The position numbers and the translations under genes are program-made. DNA of 64,000 nucleotides from Eledone cirrhosa (taxonomy: Eukaryota): NCBI GenBank assembly GCA_964016885.1, contig OZ024742.1, positions 270,196,001-270,260,000 of the forward strand, in the 5' to 3' direction. Shown here in pieces: positions 62,992 to 64,000 of the stretch. The notes beneath the pieces are model-generated. The model saw nothing but the letters and a program-made list of their open reading frames with translations. It had not been told where the DNA came from and searched no databases. Numbering within the stretch: position 1 is the stretch's first letter; every line of letters starts with the position of its first letter.

Positions 62992-64000
62992 TATACATAT
63001 TCATTCATGTGAGTGTGTGTGTACATGTGTGTATATCTGTTTGTGTCTGAATAAGTACCACAACCTGTATGTGTGTTTTCAATTATTGTCGACGTCCCAG
63101 TGGTATTTGCTCTTTGAACAACCAGGCACCTAATTGGATATCATAACGCATCAATTTAATAACTCAACTGTGTTGGTCACCTTCAGCTGTCTAGATTTAT
63201 AAATAATACAATTCATTTCGGCGCTGAATTTTTTTTTCTTTTTTATAAATAATTCATCTCTCTTCATTCCGTTGCTGAAAACAAACAGTGGCATATATAG
63301 TCTTCTGTAGTTGACCTTTCGGTAGAAATTTCTGAATCCAACTATCTGATTTGAAATGTCACAGGTTTTTTAATAGTTATTTAAATATGTCTCCATTCTA
63401 CAGAATAATCCAGAGTTGATATTTTCCTTTTTGGAAACTATATTGAAACGAAAATAGTTCATTAATGTGTTCCTAGAAATGTTATATTCTTTACTAAATA
63501 AAAGGAAATGTTGAAGTGCCGGATCCATGATTATATTTTTAGTGATATGAAAAGATATGGTGCTATGTTTACATGGCCTAATTGGGATATACAAATCTCT
63601 ATTAGTGATATTTGTAATACATATTAAATACCTAGATAAGAATGTAGAAAATAATCTTCCCCTTCTTTGTTATTCTCCTAAAACGATGTATGCATATGCG
63701 TGTTGGTGCTCTGAAATAGCGATGTATATAAATATACTTATTGTACAGCAAAAGAAAAAGGGAAGTAATCGATGATCATTTCTCACTTTTGAGTAGTTGT
63801 TAAGACTACATATTCCTTCGCCTATGCTGTAAGCTATAGAAGCTGGATTCTTTTAGAATTAAAATTATGTTTATGAGCTGTTGAAACTCATTTGTATACA
63901 GAGCAGTTACCGCCCCAGCATCAATTAGAAATTTGAGTTGGTGTTCTGAAATAGCGATGTATATATGAATGTACGGAGTGTATTTAATAATATTCTGTAG

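Noticed and set aside
63060-64000. Possible exon or UTR at window end
   Set aside because: Only short ORFs with no recognisable motif

Overview
AT-rich eukaryotic, repeat-saturated DNA. The (TA)n/(CA)n density and SINE types suggest an invertebrate, possibly a cephalopod; this is inference only. I found no intact host gene. The window is a mosaic of decayed transposons sitting mostly inside (TA)n microsatellites: a CR1/L2-type LINE remnant, a near full-length R4/Dong-like LINE, a DD37D mariner, a hATm-like DNA transposon, two Helitron pieces, tRNA-derived SINEs and many Penelope-like element (PLE) pieces. The main signal is two young, near-perfect tandem arrays (469-bp unit at 20575-24756; 474-bp unit at 51165-56445). 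Each is folded into a giant tail-out palindrome, and every complete unit carries a 45-nt type I hammerhead ribozyme (HHR). The two units are diverged homologs with covarying stems, and both arrays stop at homologous positions. About ten other (TA)n-embedded insertions, including ones with PLE coding remnants, share the same design: inverted arms with 3' ends outward and one arm roughly 30-130 nt longer, often with an HHR. My interpretation is a Penelope-driven retrozyme system in which circular or multimeric RNAs are reverse transcribed from both ends of a (TA)n break. All alignments and folds were done by eye.
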